64,000 bases of DNA, from positions 48,856,001-48,920,000 of the forward strand of contig NC_083278.1 of the NCBI RefSeq assembly GCF_963506605.1, written 5' to 3'. The first letter of the stretch is position 1; each line of letters begins with the position of its first letter. Below are positions 1 through 14,600 of the stretch, piece by piece. The notes under the pieces are model-generated. The model ran no database searches, was not told where the DNA came from, and saw only the letters and a program-made list of their open reading frames with translations. The position numbers and the translations under genes were made by a program. The DNA comes from Zootoca vivipara. Taxonomy: Eukaryota.

Positions 1-148
1 AGAATATGAAATTAAAAACAGCTTTAGTGTTCAAAACTTTCAAATGAAAGTGTTTTTGACATGTGTAGAACTCTGCTGCACCTAGGGTGTTCTGAATGTA
101 CAGAACTTAATTTCAGAGCAAAATGATTTTTCTGTCCTTCATTTACAG

Positions 149-259
149 GTAGCAGAGGCAAAGCCTCTTGTAATTCAGGCTGATCTCATGCAGAGGGAGC
201 TAGAGATCTGTCTAAAAAGAGAATATACATTTGAAAGCTTACCTTTGTTACTGCACCAG
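149..259 (+). CDS. CCDC162: CCDC162 exon (1st in window)
   Basis: tacag|GTA...CAG|gtaat; VAEAKPLVIQADLMQRELEICLKREYTFESLPLLLHQ. Confidence 0.85.
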
Positions 260-3200
260 GTAATATTTGTCATGTTTGTGATTTGAAGACTCATTTGGCA
301 TTTTTCAGTGTGAATTTGCTATCATGGGCAAACAACATGAAATGAAGCTTCATACAGCTATGTCTGTGAATAAAAATAGGTACCTTTAGGTAGACCTTTG
401 TCTGCTCACAAGTTGGTTTTTACTGTGGCAGCAGCAGCACCACAAGGAATACCCTGTACATCTGATGGCAAGGGCATAGCTTCATTCAGCTGATTGCTCA
501 TCAAATGCCAGGAATAATCAACTGATATTTCCCAGGTCGGAGTTAATGACTAAGGATGTTTCCCCTTAATCAGTCAATTTGCAGGGTGCAGTCTAAGATC
601 ATTGCTCTGCAAGCTGTTCTGTGTGGCAGAAAAGAAGGCAGTTACTCTTTGCATTGTGCAAAGAGCCACTGAAAGAGAGAGATTTGAGAGACTGTAGTTC
701 GATTTAGCTTTAAACAGGGCAGGTTCCAAACAGCTGCTTAGCCTTGTGACTTCTGTGCTTTGGGGATCTGATACAGGATTAGTATCTGCCTAAAGTAGGA
801 TTCTGTTGGCTTCCGTTGTGCTCTGCTTAGGTATATATGTAAACAGATCATAAGCCTCCAGTGTGCTGCTTTCCCTGTCATCCAGAGGAAACCAGTGCAG
901 CCCCAGGCTTCTTGCTTTATTGAGAAGCGAGGAGAGCATAACAGCAGCAGAGCAAGAGTGATTGTTCCTTTACATCAGGCATAGGTAACATTGGCTCTCC
1001 AGATGTTTTGGAACTACAACTCCCATGATCCCTAGCTAACAGGGCCAGTGGTCAGGGATTGTGGGAGTTGTAGTTCCAAAACATCTGGAAGCCAAGGTTG
1101 CCTATGCCTGCTTTACATGATACAAAATATGATTATATGTGTTCTTCCCCACCGAAGTTGTAAAGGGGAGCAGGAGAATATGGGCTAAGTTCCACATAAT
1201 TACTTTGACTGGGGTTGGGGAACCTCAGGCCCAGTGGCCCAAGGCGGCCCTTTGCAAGTCTTTGGGGTCCATCCCCAGGCCACATCCTCTCTCTGAAGGC
1301 CCTGCCTTCCCTGACCCTGTTTTGCACCCTTTTCAATTGATTTTGACTAGAGGGAATATACTCTTGAACAGTGATAGTTTTCTAGAAAAAGAGGTGCTGG
1401 AACTCACCACGACCGCCTCCCTTGTTCTCTTGGAACCCACCTGAGAGGTGCCAGAACTGAGTTCTGGTGAGTTCCAGCTGAAAAAAAGCCCTGCTCTTGA
1501 ACTGTGAACATGTCTGTTGCCTGTGGGATGGAGAGGATAAACTTCTGAATTGTGCGTGTCCATAACATAGCCTATTGTACAAAGGTAATGATAATATCCA
1601 TTGCTCCACCTATTTTTGACCTCCGGCGTGTAGCCTCTGGATGGTTGCAAAGAGGGAAAGTGGCCCTTGGTCTAAAAAAGATTCACAACCCCTGACCCAG
1701 GTCCTACTTTGGACTCGTTCTAGTGCACTGGAATGTTTTGCTTTGCCCCATTTGGACAGCTGATTCCATACTGCATCCTGTTTTTCAAATGCCTCTCCAT
1801 TCCTTTCCTTTTCAGTATTTTGCATGTGCTAATAAAAAAGGCTTATCAGTAGGTCAGTACTCCCTGATACACACTTGGGTCTGGCCATTTCCTCCAAGGA
1901 AATTAGTTTTGACAATCCAAAACCTTTCATAAATCCCAGCACCTATAAATCTATAACAATATATACAAATTAAAGAATTCTGGAAGTAATGCCACTCTAT
2001 TTTGTTTTTTAAAAAATCTGTTGCTTTTTGTATAGTTTTTTACAGACAGAATCACGCAGCTGGTCCAAAGCAAATATTTACACATGCTTAGATGGAAAAG
2101 ATTTTGTCAGCACAGCAGTGTTATTGAGCAATTCTATCCTTTGTACCAGGTATGCTAATCTCATAGTGCCACAGATGCTAAAAATAGAATCATAGAATTG
2201 TTGAGTTGGAATAGGTACATGGGTTTTCCTCCCAGGTGTGTAATAAAAGCTCATCTGTGAGTTTGGCTTGATTTCCTTTGCATGTAGGGGACAGAACTGT
2301 AAATATGTACATAAGGTTGAATCCAACTAAGTCCTGCTTGGAAATAGACCCCTTAAAATCAACAGATGCAACTGACTTAATCCCATCGGGTCTACTCTGA
2401 ACATGTATGGATACAACCCATTGTTTTCTTTCCGTATAAATGAATGTCACCTCATAATGCTTAGGTTAACATTATGTGCAAGATGTTGTGCCTCATACGT
2501 AATTAATCATAATGGGCAGCATCCAGTTGTGACAGCCCTCTATAGCAACCTCATTCTCAGTGTGTAGCTCAAAACCCAGGTCCACTTGCGAAAAGATGTT
2601 GCCTATTATCCTGTTGCAATATTATCCGTACACTTGGTCATAATGAAGCATGTGCGCTGGTGCTTGCACAGCAATGGCAACTCTCAAACTCTTTGAGCTA
2701 ATGTGAATTTCAAATAATAATAATAATAATAATAATAATGGTACTGCTCCTTCATCAAGGAATAAAAGTTTCCCTGTCTGTAGAATACTAAGACTGTGAA
2801 AGCCTTTCCCTCTGCTATACTAATTTTCTATGTGCAGGAACTGTGCATAGTAACTATTACAAATACGGTAGGAGATTCTGTGCCCTGGCAATCTGAAGTG
2901 CCAAAGTCTATGAAATTTTATACCATACCAAAGTTTATACCATATGTGCCTCTTCCATGTGTAAATCAGTTCTAATAGTGAAAACCAGAGGCTCATGGGA
3001 CTGTTAAAAGGACTGGACCATATCAGAAATGCCAGTTATTAAGATGTCAGCAGCCTGTGGTGGTTTTGAAGATGTCTATTAAAAGAGTCTTGTGTTCTCT
3101 ATATTTCTTGGTGCATGGACCTCCATACAGTGAAAAGCTCTGAAGACTTTTTTTAAAGCCCTTTCCAAAACATTGTTTTTCAGATTTTATCTAGAGGACT

Positions 3201-5833
3201 ACATTTCTCCCCCACAAATGGCACACTCCTGTTCTTGATTTGAGACTCCTTCTGCGGAGGGAAAAGCTAAAGCAAGGATGTTCTAGAAAATTAATTAATC
3301 TTTCTGAGAAAATAATGTCTCTTCTCTCCCTCTATCTCCCTAGAAACAAGTGGCTCATATTATGCAGGAGTACAATGATGCTGTTCAAAGGGCAGCAAGA
3401 TTGTCAAGTGCCCGGGAGAATTTCCTGGCAGGAAGGGAAAATCCTACAAATTTAGTGACCCAAGAAGACCTGGCTATTTACACACAGTGGCTAGTATGTC
3501 ACCTGCACTCACTTAAGACCATCCATAGCTACCTTCAGGTGAGATGACGATTATAGACTGTAAAACTTAATTATGGAACCTTTGGGTCCCACTTGTGCTT
3601 TGAATACAAACACTAAATGCAAAATATGTGTTCCTCTCTGTAGGTACTCCAGTACTTGCCTGTCTCTCATAGAATTGAAATTAACAGACATCCTGTCTGG
3701 GGTGATGGTGATAAATTAAAAGCTGTTGGCAAAACTGTATATTTGTCTCCCAGTATCCAGCTCTCTATTCACTCTGACACATCGGCAGCAGGTGGTAAGA
3801 AGGAATTATCCTCACGTGCCTTAGGGCCTCACTGTACAATGTAGCAATACTGCATTAGGTTGCAGTTGTTGCAGGTGGTCTGTATGTCTTTCCCAAGTTT
3901 CCCTCACCTGAGGTGAAATGAGAAGATATCCCACTGCTGCTGAAGCCTCACTTACTGGGGTTGCGCAGTGACAGCTTCTGTTAACATTTCCAGAAGTCTC
4001 ACGAGATCTTGCAGAGTTCTCACAGAGTTCTCACACCACACAGAATTCTGCCACCTAAGGCAGCTGCTTTAGTCTGCCTTATGGGCAGGTTGTCCCTGAC
4101 CCTCTGCATCTTCAGGTAAGACTGGGAAGGGCAAACCCTGTCAGAAATCCTGAAGAACCACTGCTAGTCAGTGCAAACGATACTGAGCTAAGATGAATCA
4201 ATGGCCTGACTCAGTATAAGGCAGTTTCCTGTAACCCTATTCCTACAATTTGAGCATTAACGAGGGCATACCATACAGTCCTTCCACTCTCTCAACCTTT
4301 CAATCTAAGCAAAGGCCATTTCAGGATAGCAGCCAGGTGGGGATATGTAGACATACCCAGACCACATCTGGGCATTTATTTGGAAAGGAAATGAACTTTT
4401 ATGGAGACAGAAAGTTAATCACGATGATTTGCTTCTTTGCTGTTTACTTTCAGCGACGCGTTGTCCAGGACCATTTGTTTTACAGTGTTATATTAAATAA
4501 AGTCTCCAACTTAGTCTGCTGTATAGATCTAAGCTAGATAGATTAAACAGAAAATTGATTGAGCAAAACATTAAAAGCTAAGATAGAGCCAAGTGTAGAA
4601 TAGGGACACAGATGGCCCATTACTGCCAAGCAGTGAGATAATAAATTAGATTACATATAACTCTACAGATCCTCAGGAGCCTTATTGAACTTTAGCAAGT
4701 TGTTGCATGGTGATTAAAATTCTTGGTGTGTCAATGAGCTGCTGTACAAAGGACACCTGTGTGGTATAAGTTATATCTGGGATTCATAGTATAACTTGGA
4801 AGAAGTTTATCATCAGAAACAAAAGGATACCTTGAAGGGCTACTGCAAAAGTCCTGAAAGCACAAGACAGAAGGTGGTTACTAGTTATCAAGCTGTATTA
4901 GTACAGTTTGAAATTGAGCTCAACAAGAACACTTAATAAGGAACTGAGGCTTATTGCGCAACCCAAAATAAGTGTTGACTCACCAAATATCTTCATAGCA
5001 GGGGGCTCTGCTGTAACCATTTTTTTTATGACCCCAGAAGACAGTTACAAATATGGAATTTGGGGTGTGCATCTCACAATAACCTTTTGGGCCCCACAAA
5101 ACACATCCACATGTTTAGAGGGGTGTCCTCTATGAGGTTAAATAGAGTCATAGCAGTCCCAACACTTAGCACAAGACACTGAGAGCTGTGTAGGTTCATG
5201 TTAATAATTGCCAATATATGTAGAAGTATAAGGAACAGGGGGTGTGCATCTCTCTGCAAGCGCTGGTCCACACCAAATCACAAACCCACATATCCAGATG
5301 GATGTACTGTATAGAAGATGGCATGGAGGTGTCTGGCCCAATGCTTCATTTTGGTGCGATATACGTACTGTCATACGTGCTAACATTGTCATCTGGGGTT
5401 ATCACGTGGTAATGAATATTGTACAAAAATGTTGTGATGGTTAATAATTGTTGTGGTTCTTGAATGGGAGAGGTATACCATACAAGATGGGCCAAAGCTT
5501 ACTTTGGCATGCAGGGGCATATAAATCTCATTTCTTTTAAGTCGTTCTATCGAACTCTGTTTCAAACTGTCAGGTGAATAAGAAACTGGGAGCTCACACC
5601 GCCAAGACTTTCACAGCAGTCCAACTATATTTACATCCTTTTATTTGTGATTTTAGGCTTACAACCTAGCCGTTCAAAAGGCTGGCCATATACTTTTCCA
5701 CCACTCCAGTCTTCCTCAGTGGCCTACTGTAATTTGAATAGTTGGTGTGTGTGTGAGTGATATTATATATAGATATAATATTCATTCATTCATTTCTGTA
5801 CAACATTGGCACACCTGGATCAAGCCCAAACCC

Positions 5834-5901
<68 letters not shown>

Positions 5902-8900
5902 GGGTTTGGGCTTGATCCAGGTGTGCCAATGTTGTACAGAAATGAATGAATGAATATTATATATATATATATATATAATGATGCATCACCAGAAGCATAA
6001 ATTCACTTGAAGGAAACTTGGCAGTATTACAAAGTTTGTTTTATGCATCTTTTCAGTTTATTATTGCCCTCTTATAGGATTCCAAGCCAGGGGTGCCACC
6101 TGCACACTTCCCCAGCACACTGCAGAAATTGAGGAACTAAAGCCTCAACTCAGACTCTTACTTTCTCAATTTCGTATCAGCTATGATGTGGAAGACCTGA
6201 AACATTCTGCTGATGAGATGGAACTTTTTTCTATGGTAATTTAATGGTTGCTCTTATATTACTGTATATAATATGTATACTGATGCGGTCTCTCTCCTCC
6301 CACTGAAAGTCTACAGCTAAAAGAATAAACAGTTAAACCAATTATTTACTTTGATATCAGCAGAGTTAAGTCTATAATGATCTCCCTTCTGAATTTTTTA
6401 TGATCCTTCAAAGTGTAATAGTAAGGAATTTGGGGCAAAATCCAGAGTAATCTAAGTACAATTAAATCCCATTTTAAGTCTATAGAAATTCATTATGATG
6501 TTCAATGAAGCTTAAGTGCATACTGCTCCTCTCTTTGAACTATCTAACATAGTAACTATTTTGCAGTGCTCAGTGGAAACCTATGTTTACTAGTAGGGCA
6601 TCTTTTTCCTGGGGTGCTTAGGTCATGCATGAGTTTAGAAGCCTTTTCAGGAAACAACAGACAATGAGAACATTTCCTGTTTATGATGCTGGAACGCCTG
6701 GATCAGAAACCTGGGGTATCAGAGACCCCAACATGGCTTTGAAAAAGAGAGCCAACTGGATTCCTTTCATAAAGGTAATAAGACCTGCATTTGGGTGTCC
6801 TGATAAATTGGCAGCTCAGGCTAAAGGAAGCTGCTCTAAAGCATCTAAATTCCCAGCTTCTCATTAGCAAACCATGTGTTGAAGTGGATTAAATGGTCTC
6901 AGTTCAAAGGCCCTTGTGCAGAAACTTGGCATATGCACAAATATGATTGGCTGATACCTTTGACAGAGCTGATTGGATATTTGGACAGAGTAGCGGGGTG
7001 CCTGGATTCATCCCTTCCACAAGTGGTTAGCACTAAGAGCAGCAAACAAATGGTAAGATCTTTGCACACATTCATTTCTGTACAACATTGGCACACCTGG
7101 ATCAAGCCCAAATCTGCTGAGTGCTAGTTTTTTCTTTCATGCAAAGCATCCTTTAGTTCACGTATGTGCAAATTTGTGCACACAAAACAATTCAATATGT
7201 CCCAATCACCTGTGCTGCGTTAGGATGAGAAATGTATTTTCTTTATGTTCCTTACACATGGTTTTTTACTGACAAGCAGATTAAACCTCATCAAGATCCA
7301 TGGCAGCAAAAAATGTTCAGGAAACTGAAGCATCGGAAGAAGGTTGATGAGCTGCTGCAGATTCAGTCAAAATTTTTAGAGGTAATAAAAACTGCTGAGC
7401 AACTGTTTCTCCACTCCCCACTTCCATTTTTTTGCAGTACAAATTACCAGGAACCTTGAATCCACTTCTATTAAACCTGTCTCCAATTTGTGTGATATGT
7501 AGCAGGTTTACGTCAAATTATTTATTTTTACTTTAAGTGAATCAAAACTCTTTTGGGTATTTCAGGATGAAGTTTTTAAAAAATCTACACTCATTAACAA
7601 GAAAGAATTCCACAGTCAGTGATTCCAAAGCCTGTTTTTACTCAGGACATCATGAACTTTCAGTTTCATGCGGTTTCATTTCTATGTGATTTATAGTGGG
7701 GTGGGGTGTTGCTTTTTAAAAAGTACTCTTACGTTATGTCTAAACTTATTTGCCATTCCTGAAATTTCAAATCATTCAGTTGGATCCAGACAAAGTTAGT
7801 CTATATTATCTGAACTGTGGCTTCTGGTTTTGCTAAAAGTCAAAATATGTTGCTGTGACAAACTAGGTTTCCAATCCAGAACGGGTGATGGAGGTTCTTC
7901 AGGAGCAAGCATCTGCAGTGCTAGAGCCAAGATCAATGACATCAGCTTTTAGTACTTTTACACCTTTTAATTCACAACAATATGATCAAATCTGGAACAA
8001 GATTTACCACAACTCTAGATTCCATCAGGTAAATATGCAGAAGATTTTATAAACTGAAATTTGCGTAGATCTCTATAGGGATTGTGTACATTTTCTTTTG
8101 GAATGAATTTTGTTACTTTTGAAGAGGATCCTCCAATTCAGGGTAAGTTCTAATATTATGTGACAACTGAGCTCCCATTTGACTACCGTGTTTTTACGAA
8201 ACTGCTGTCCTTGCTTTATTTTGTGATGACTTGCATTTTGCTTCATAATAGTTTGACCTGATAAAATGCCACCACCAAATTCTTGCCTTTTATTTACTTC
8301 AGACAACCAGGCAACAATATGAGTCATGACAATAAGATTATCACTTAGTAGGGTTGGTTTCATGAAAGCTGAGAGCATCATTTAGGATGCATGTATGACT
8401 AATATCTCAAATGAAGTCCTGAACGGTCTGTGTTCCAAAATATAACCAGTTACTTCTTTGTTTGTTGGTGACTTTGGCAGTGTAAGAGATTCTCAGTCTG
8501 CTTTGAAGTTGATAATGGTTGTGAAAGTCCAAACAGGAACATAATACTTTTGTTAGAATAGACTAAAAATCACAGAGCAGTGTGCTTGTTATGTATTGGT
8601 TTAATTTGTGTACATGGGTTTCTCTGCTAGTCCTGTTCTTCAATCGCCCGCTCCAGGGCGATTCAAATGGGTGCGGTGACAGTTGCTATTGGTTAACTTG
8701 TTAGCCCAATTTGGATCCTCACTCTGATAGGGTCCCGCCAAAATCTAAATGTATCCTTTCCCCAACCCCTGCTCCTGAGAGTATAAAAGGAGCTCACCCT
8801 TTCCCTCCTGTTAGTCAAGATTCCTACTGCAATAAAGAAGACTGTTCTTGTTATACTTGACTCCTAGCAGTTCCTTGCTAGTATGCTGAATCACTATTCT

Positions 8901-11612
8901 GAGCTGACTTCACGAAGAACTGAAATCGCACTCACGACTTAACAGTGCTAGCTTTTGAATAGATCATAGGGTGGTATTCAACAAAGTAACTGTGGTAGCA
9001 TAAGAATTAATACTAGCACAATGATGTTTCTCTCCCTTTCCTTCCCTATGTGCAATCCCAAAATATGTTTGGAGGTTGGGGAGAAATCCAGAATACATTT
9101 TGCAGGGGGCAGGAGTGCAGGAAGAGAAGTGGAGGAGGATGTTCCATTGCATAAGGAGAATCCTTGTGCTGGTGGAACATTGTCCTTAGTCCTGTGTTGA
9201 ATACAATTCAGAATGTGTGACAGAGGGATCCCACCCACCTCCTTGGAAAATAATGGAATAGAATGGAGAAATCTGCTTGATACTTCTTTTTTGCAGCCCT
9301 TACAAAGGTTGATTTCTTGGTCACAATATATTGCTGCTGTACTTGCCATTTTGATAGGTCACAAGTTGCACAAGCAATAAGAGAACCAGTGGGCTATGAT
9401 GTAAGGATTCCTTTGTTCATAATTTTAGAGTTACAAAATGCTTGAAAATGAAAAAAAAATGTTTGTCTATAATAACTAGCCCTTAAATATGGACAGGAGA
9501 AAACCAGTGATGATGTTGATAATCCTACCATGGCAACTGGTGAGAAGGATATGGGACATCCCAACTTTAACAAGACCTCCACTTTTTCAAGAAAGAAAAA
9601 AGACACAAGGTGAAATGAATATTGCCAGTTCCTCTGTGTGTGATGCTTTTATTTAATGCTAAAAATGAATGGGCTATACCAAAGCTGTCAAAACACAAAT
9701 GGAAGGGCAGCTTCTCAAATTGCCCTGTCTCCTTCCCAAATCGGGCAAGCACTTACCCAGGCATTGGGAAGTAAGTAAGGATGGCTTTAGGACCCTGGCA
9801 GAGCCTCACACCTCTTTCCCAAAGCTTGGTTTAAGGCGGCACCACAAGGATTGGGGGGAGGGCGTCAAATGGCCTCTCACTGGGCAGCATATTATCAAGG
9901 TCTGTCCCTGCATATGTGTATTCACTGGCACACCTTAAATGTGATAGCACTAACACACGCTCCTGGGCCTTCTAAATGTTGTTCTGTTCTGGAGGTTTCC
10001 ATGTGAGTGATTACAGTAGGAGCTTTACCTCCTAGAAAGCAAATATAAAGAGATTATGCAATTTAGATGTAACTGAGAATCTCTTTGAGAAACAGTAATT
10101 TAATTAAATTTCTCCTTGGGAAAAAAAATGTAGTTACACAACGACCTTGCAGCTGCTGGGGTTAGATGAGGACATGGAGGCCGACAGCAAGGGGCTTCCC
10201 ATGAGGAAAGGAGCCTACTTATCTCTCCTTCTTTTGCGTCACTTGCAAATCCGAGAGCTGCAGGTAAAAAGAAAAATCACGTTCAAATGTTCATATTATG
10301 CATATTATACATTAGACTTATTTTTATTTCATCGTAAACGTCTCATTTGTACTAGAGAATTTGTTTGGGCATCCTCAACTACTTCAGATCCGTTGAAAGA
10401 ACCCTAACCATCAGCACCTCGGGTCTTGCCTTGAGTGCCGGCCATCTGGTCTCCACTGCTGAAGATTCCTGTTGGGTAAATGCAGCCAAAGGGGGCAGAG
10501 GTGCCTATGGTGGTCTTGGTTCACACCCCTATGTGCATTATACACCAGCTGACTATAAGGTGAGGCATTTGGGGACTTTGTAAAATAGCTTCATAGACAG
10601 ACACATGGATAAAAATAGGTGCGGCACCAAGGTAAACGGGTGCTGCAGCTGACCTTGCACGCAGAAGGGCCCTGGTTCAATCCCTGCCGCTTCCAGCTCG
10701 AAAAGTGCCTGCCTGAAACCCTGGAGAATTGCTGCCAATCAAAGTAGAGGATCTGAGATAGATGGACCAATGGTCTGACTTAGTGTAAGGCAGCTTCCTA
10801 TATATATGGAGTAGGTCCTGCATGTTAGACTAGGATATAGCATATGGGGGCATTTAGGGGAATCCACAGTATCCTTACAACCCCAGCTCTATTTACGACA
10901 AGCTGTATTTACCCAAGCTGATGAAGTGCAGGTCATAAAATCAAAGCCGTATGCCTTATGCGGAAACGCATTTGGGTGTTCCACATCTGACACAGAGTTA
11001 TAGATTTCTTATCTCTGTTCAAAGGTCGAAGCAGACAAATTAACATTAGGCAGATGCCTTAGTTGTATTGCTTTCAATGCCTGCTAAAGCCTTTTTTGCT
11101 TAGCCAGGCTATCCTGTTATGTAATTTTCTTGTGCACATTTGCTTTTCAAACTTTATTTTTCATTTGAAAAATAATTTTATTCTATCTTCTGTTTTTGTC
11201 TGTTTTTATTGCTAGTGTTAAATGGCTATTTTATATCGTTTTATGTAAAAACAGAGGGTGTTTTTTAAATTAAGTGGTGTATAAATTTCACTAACTAAAT
11301 AAATGCAGCAAACACATGCACAAAGTCTCCCTCCTCTACACTGCAGCCTCCCCCATTACTACCCTAATCGTGTATTTTCAGAAGTGCCTCACAGATCTCA
11401 TTGGGACTTGCTCACCAGCAAGCATGCTTAGCCTTGCAGCCTTAAAGCAATCTGTTCTATGGATGGGTCAGACTTTTAATGGGTGAGCTTGAAATTCACA
11501 AAAAATACACTGCTTCAACTCCTAAATCTCATTGCCAATCAGAACTGAATCTTCCTCCACAAGTTTACAGCAGGTCAAACTCTTCCATACCTTTACAAAA
11601 CTATTGAAAGTT

Positions 11613-11643
<31 letters not shown>

Positions 11644-14600
11644 TGTACGTATGCCCACATACCCACATATACATGCACTGTTTTATTTTGTACTTCTAAT
11701 ATAGGCTTCATCGTGTATTTATTTTTAATCTGTCCCTGGCACAGGTTCACAGTGTGCAGTTTATGGAGTTTGCAGAGGTAGAAAACCATGATGATTTTTA
11801 CACCACAGAAGACATGTATGTCCACACCCAGGATCAGCGAGGGGCTTTTGTGATGTACGATGTAGCCATCCAGGACCTGAGAGAGCTAGAAAAGCAGCTT
11901 TTGCTTGTGGCAACCCAGTACATTGAGGCAGGGAAAGGTAAGAATCAGCACAGTTTGGCACACTTCTGCAAATGAGAAGGACGGGGGGGGGGAGCACAAA
12001 TGGGAATGATCATTCACAAGGAATGATCACCAGCCCAAAAGCTGGTTTCCCAAAAGCTTGACCAGGGTGCCTGACTTTACTAAATGTCAGTTTATAGTAA
12101 GATGCTTATTGTCAGTTACTGAGCCAGCCTAGCAGAGTGGGACTCTGGACAGTTTTCATATGGTTGTGTGAAATGTTGAGGTCTATGTAGGTGTTTCCCA
12201 AACTTGGGTCCCCAGCAGTTTTTGGACTACAACTCCCACCATCCCTAACTAGCAAGACCAGTGATCAGGGATGATGGAAATTGTAGTCCGAAAACAGCTG
12301 CAGACCCAAGTTTGGGAAACACTGGTCTGTGTCGATGGTGACACAGCAAGCACCTTTAGGCACCTCATATCACAATGTCTAGTCTATACTTGTTGTTGGA
12401 CTGGGGCAAGGGACCTTTTTCAAGTAGAGGACTACATTCCCCTGTGGGCAACCTTCCAAGGGCTGAATGTCAGTGTTGGGTGGGGTCAGAGGATGTCACT
12501 CTTTTGCGCAGCAAGCTTCTTTCCAGCCAGTGCCAGATTTACATGCAAGCTAAACAAGCTATAGCTTAGGGCCCCACTCTCTTGTGGACCCCCAAAAAAT
12601 GTAAAGGAAAAAAACCTGGATGTACATTTCCAAAATATAAGATAAAAAACAAATAAAATAAAACCTACATATAGCAACAGTTTGGTGTTGTGTAGGCTCC
12701 TATGATGTAATTAGGTCCATAAATTACCATGTAGCATATATTCAACACAAAAACCAGAGACAATTTGTTGTTGACAAAGGACAGCTGGACATATAAAGGG
12801 CCCCATTACCTTCAGTAGCTTAGGGCCTCATCAAACCTAAATCTGGCCCTGTTTCCAGCCATGTAAAACCCAGAGGTTTATCACACTCATCTCTCCAACC
12901 TTCATCCAGGCAAGCAGAAGGTATCATTACAGTTTAGATATTCATCTCACCCAGGCAAAAGCACTTAAGAGGTTGTGGAACAAGGTTGGTGGGCTGTGTG
13001 TGGCTTGGGAGAGCCCTTGGAGCCAGATAGAGAGGTTTGGAGAGCCGCATTTTGTTAAGTAGGCATTGTTCTTCCTTAGCTTGCTGGTTTCTGTGGAAAT
13101 GCCTGTTGTGTTGTTTTTCCTTTTCGAGGTCACAAAGCATGCCGTGATTCCAGTAATAGCAACTACTCAGCCTGGGCTCATGCATCAGTGGATCGATCTG
13201 CAGTAATCCTTGACCTTTGGACTTGTGAAACAGCTTTCTTAGAAAATAAATGGCAGGTGTATATATATATATTCACATTATTTTTAAAAACCAACCAATC
13301 TGAGCTCCTGTTACATTTGATACTTTTTAAAAATTAAAATTATTTCTCATCCTTGCTCCCAAAGTTGCCTAGGGCTCTCTCTGTGTGTTGGACTATTCAA
13401 ACCAACCATACTTGCAAACAGCTATCATTAGCATTTTTGGAATATAGTATTTGATATCCCCCTGCCCCCAGTCATCTTATGTAGCTCTAATAGCTCTAAT
13501 GTATCTGAAAAACTTAAATTAATTGGTTTGGATATTTTCCAGGGCTGTCATAATTCAGAGACTAAAAGTGTGAGATGTGACAAAATCCAAGGCAAATATC
13601 AGACTAATGTTTCATTGATTTTCAGTGGGCTTACTCTTAAGTATCACTTTAATCTGAATGCTCTATTGTTATTAAATGAATATGAAGCTGATTTTTAAAA
13701 TTATACTCAATTTTTATCATCTGAAATGCAGTGCTGCAAAAGAACTTGCATTACAAAACATTTGATCTTGAAGCATTTTAACTCTCCTGTTCCACAGCCC
13801 ATCCAGCCCTTCCTTTATAGAAATTAAGGTCCCCCTTTCCCAAAGTCCCATCCCCAGGATGGCTAAGCCACATAAAACAGAGCTGACTAAATTAACAAAT
13901 AAGAGAGAGAGGTGAAATAGGGAAACTTAACTTTTTAAAAAAGAATAGAGAAATTATTATTCTTTTTTTTTAAAAAAAACCCACCTATATATTTTTGCTT
14001 TAAATCTATTTTCAGCTTTTGAATAGTTACTTTGAAGCATATCAACATGCATTAGATTCAGAAGAAAGATTTGCTTTGGCCCAAGTTGTAACAGACATCA
14101 TGTACAGACGCCCTCGATTTGATTTCCATCTTGGGTATTTTGTGAACATCTATAAAGATGAGTGTGCTTGCCTTGAGCTTCACCTACAGCTGGTGAGAGG
14201 TGTTCTGAACAAACAGGTTAGTGGACTCTTTGAGTTTTTATTTATTATTTTTAATCTATTTTCTTACATTTATATCCCACTTTTTCTGCTTCATGAGGCT
14301 TGTGTTTTTATTTATTTGGTTTTTAGATAGATAACCAACGTGAATATAACCACAGGATTTGGCGTGATGGTCCCAAAGGTGGCACCTGTGAATTTGGTTT
14401 CCCCCCATATATAATTGCAAAACAATTAATTGCTATTAATAACACCCCGTGAGTAATGTGTGTCTCTCTTTGTCATATGATGCAAGTACTGTATTATAAG
14501 GGAGCCCATCTTTAACTTGCTCAGGCAGAGTCTTCCACAAAAAGTCACACTGTTATCCCTTTGAATTAAAGTGATGTTGGCGCAGATAAGCTAATCAAAC

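Noticed and set aside
4454-4500. Possible extra CCDC162 exon after a good polypyrimidine-CAG
   Set aside because: The phase-1 frame hits TAA with no convincing donor, and exons 4 and 5 already join in phase.
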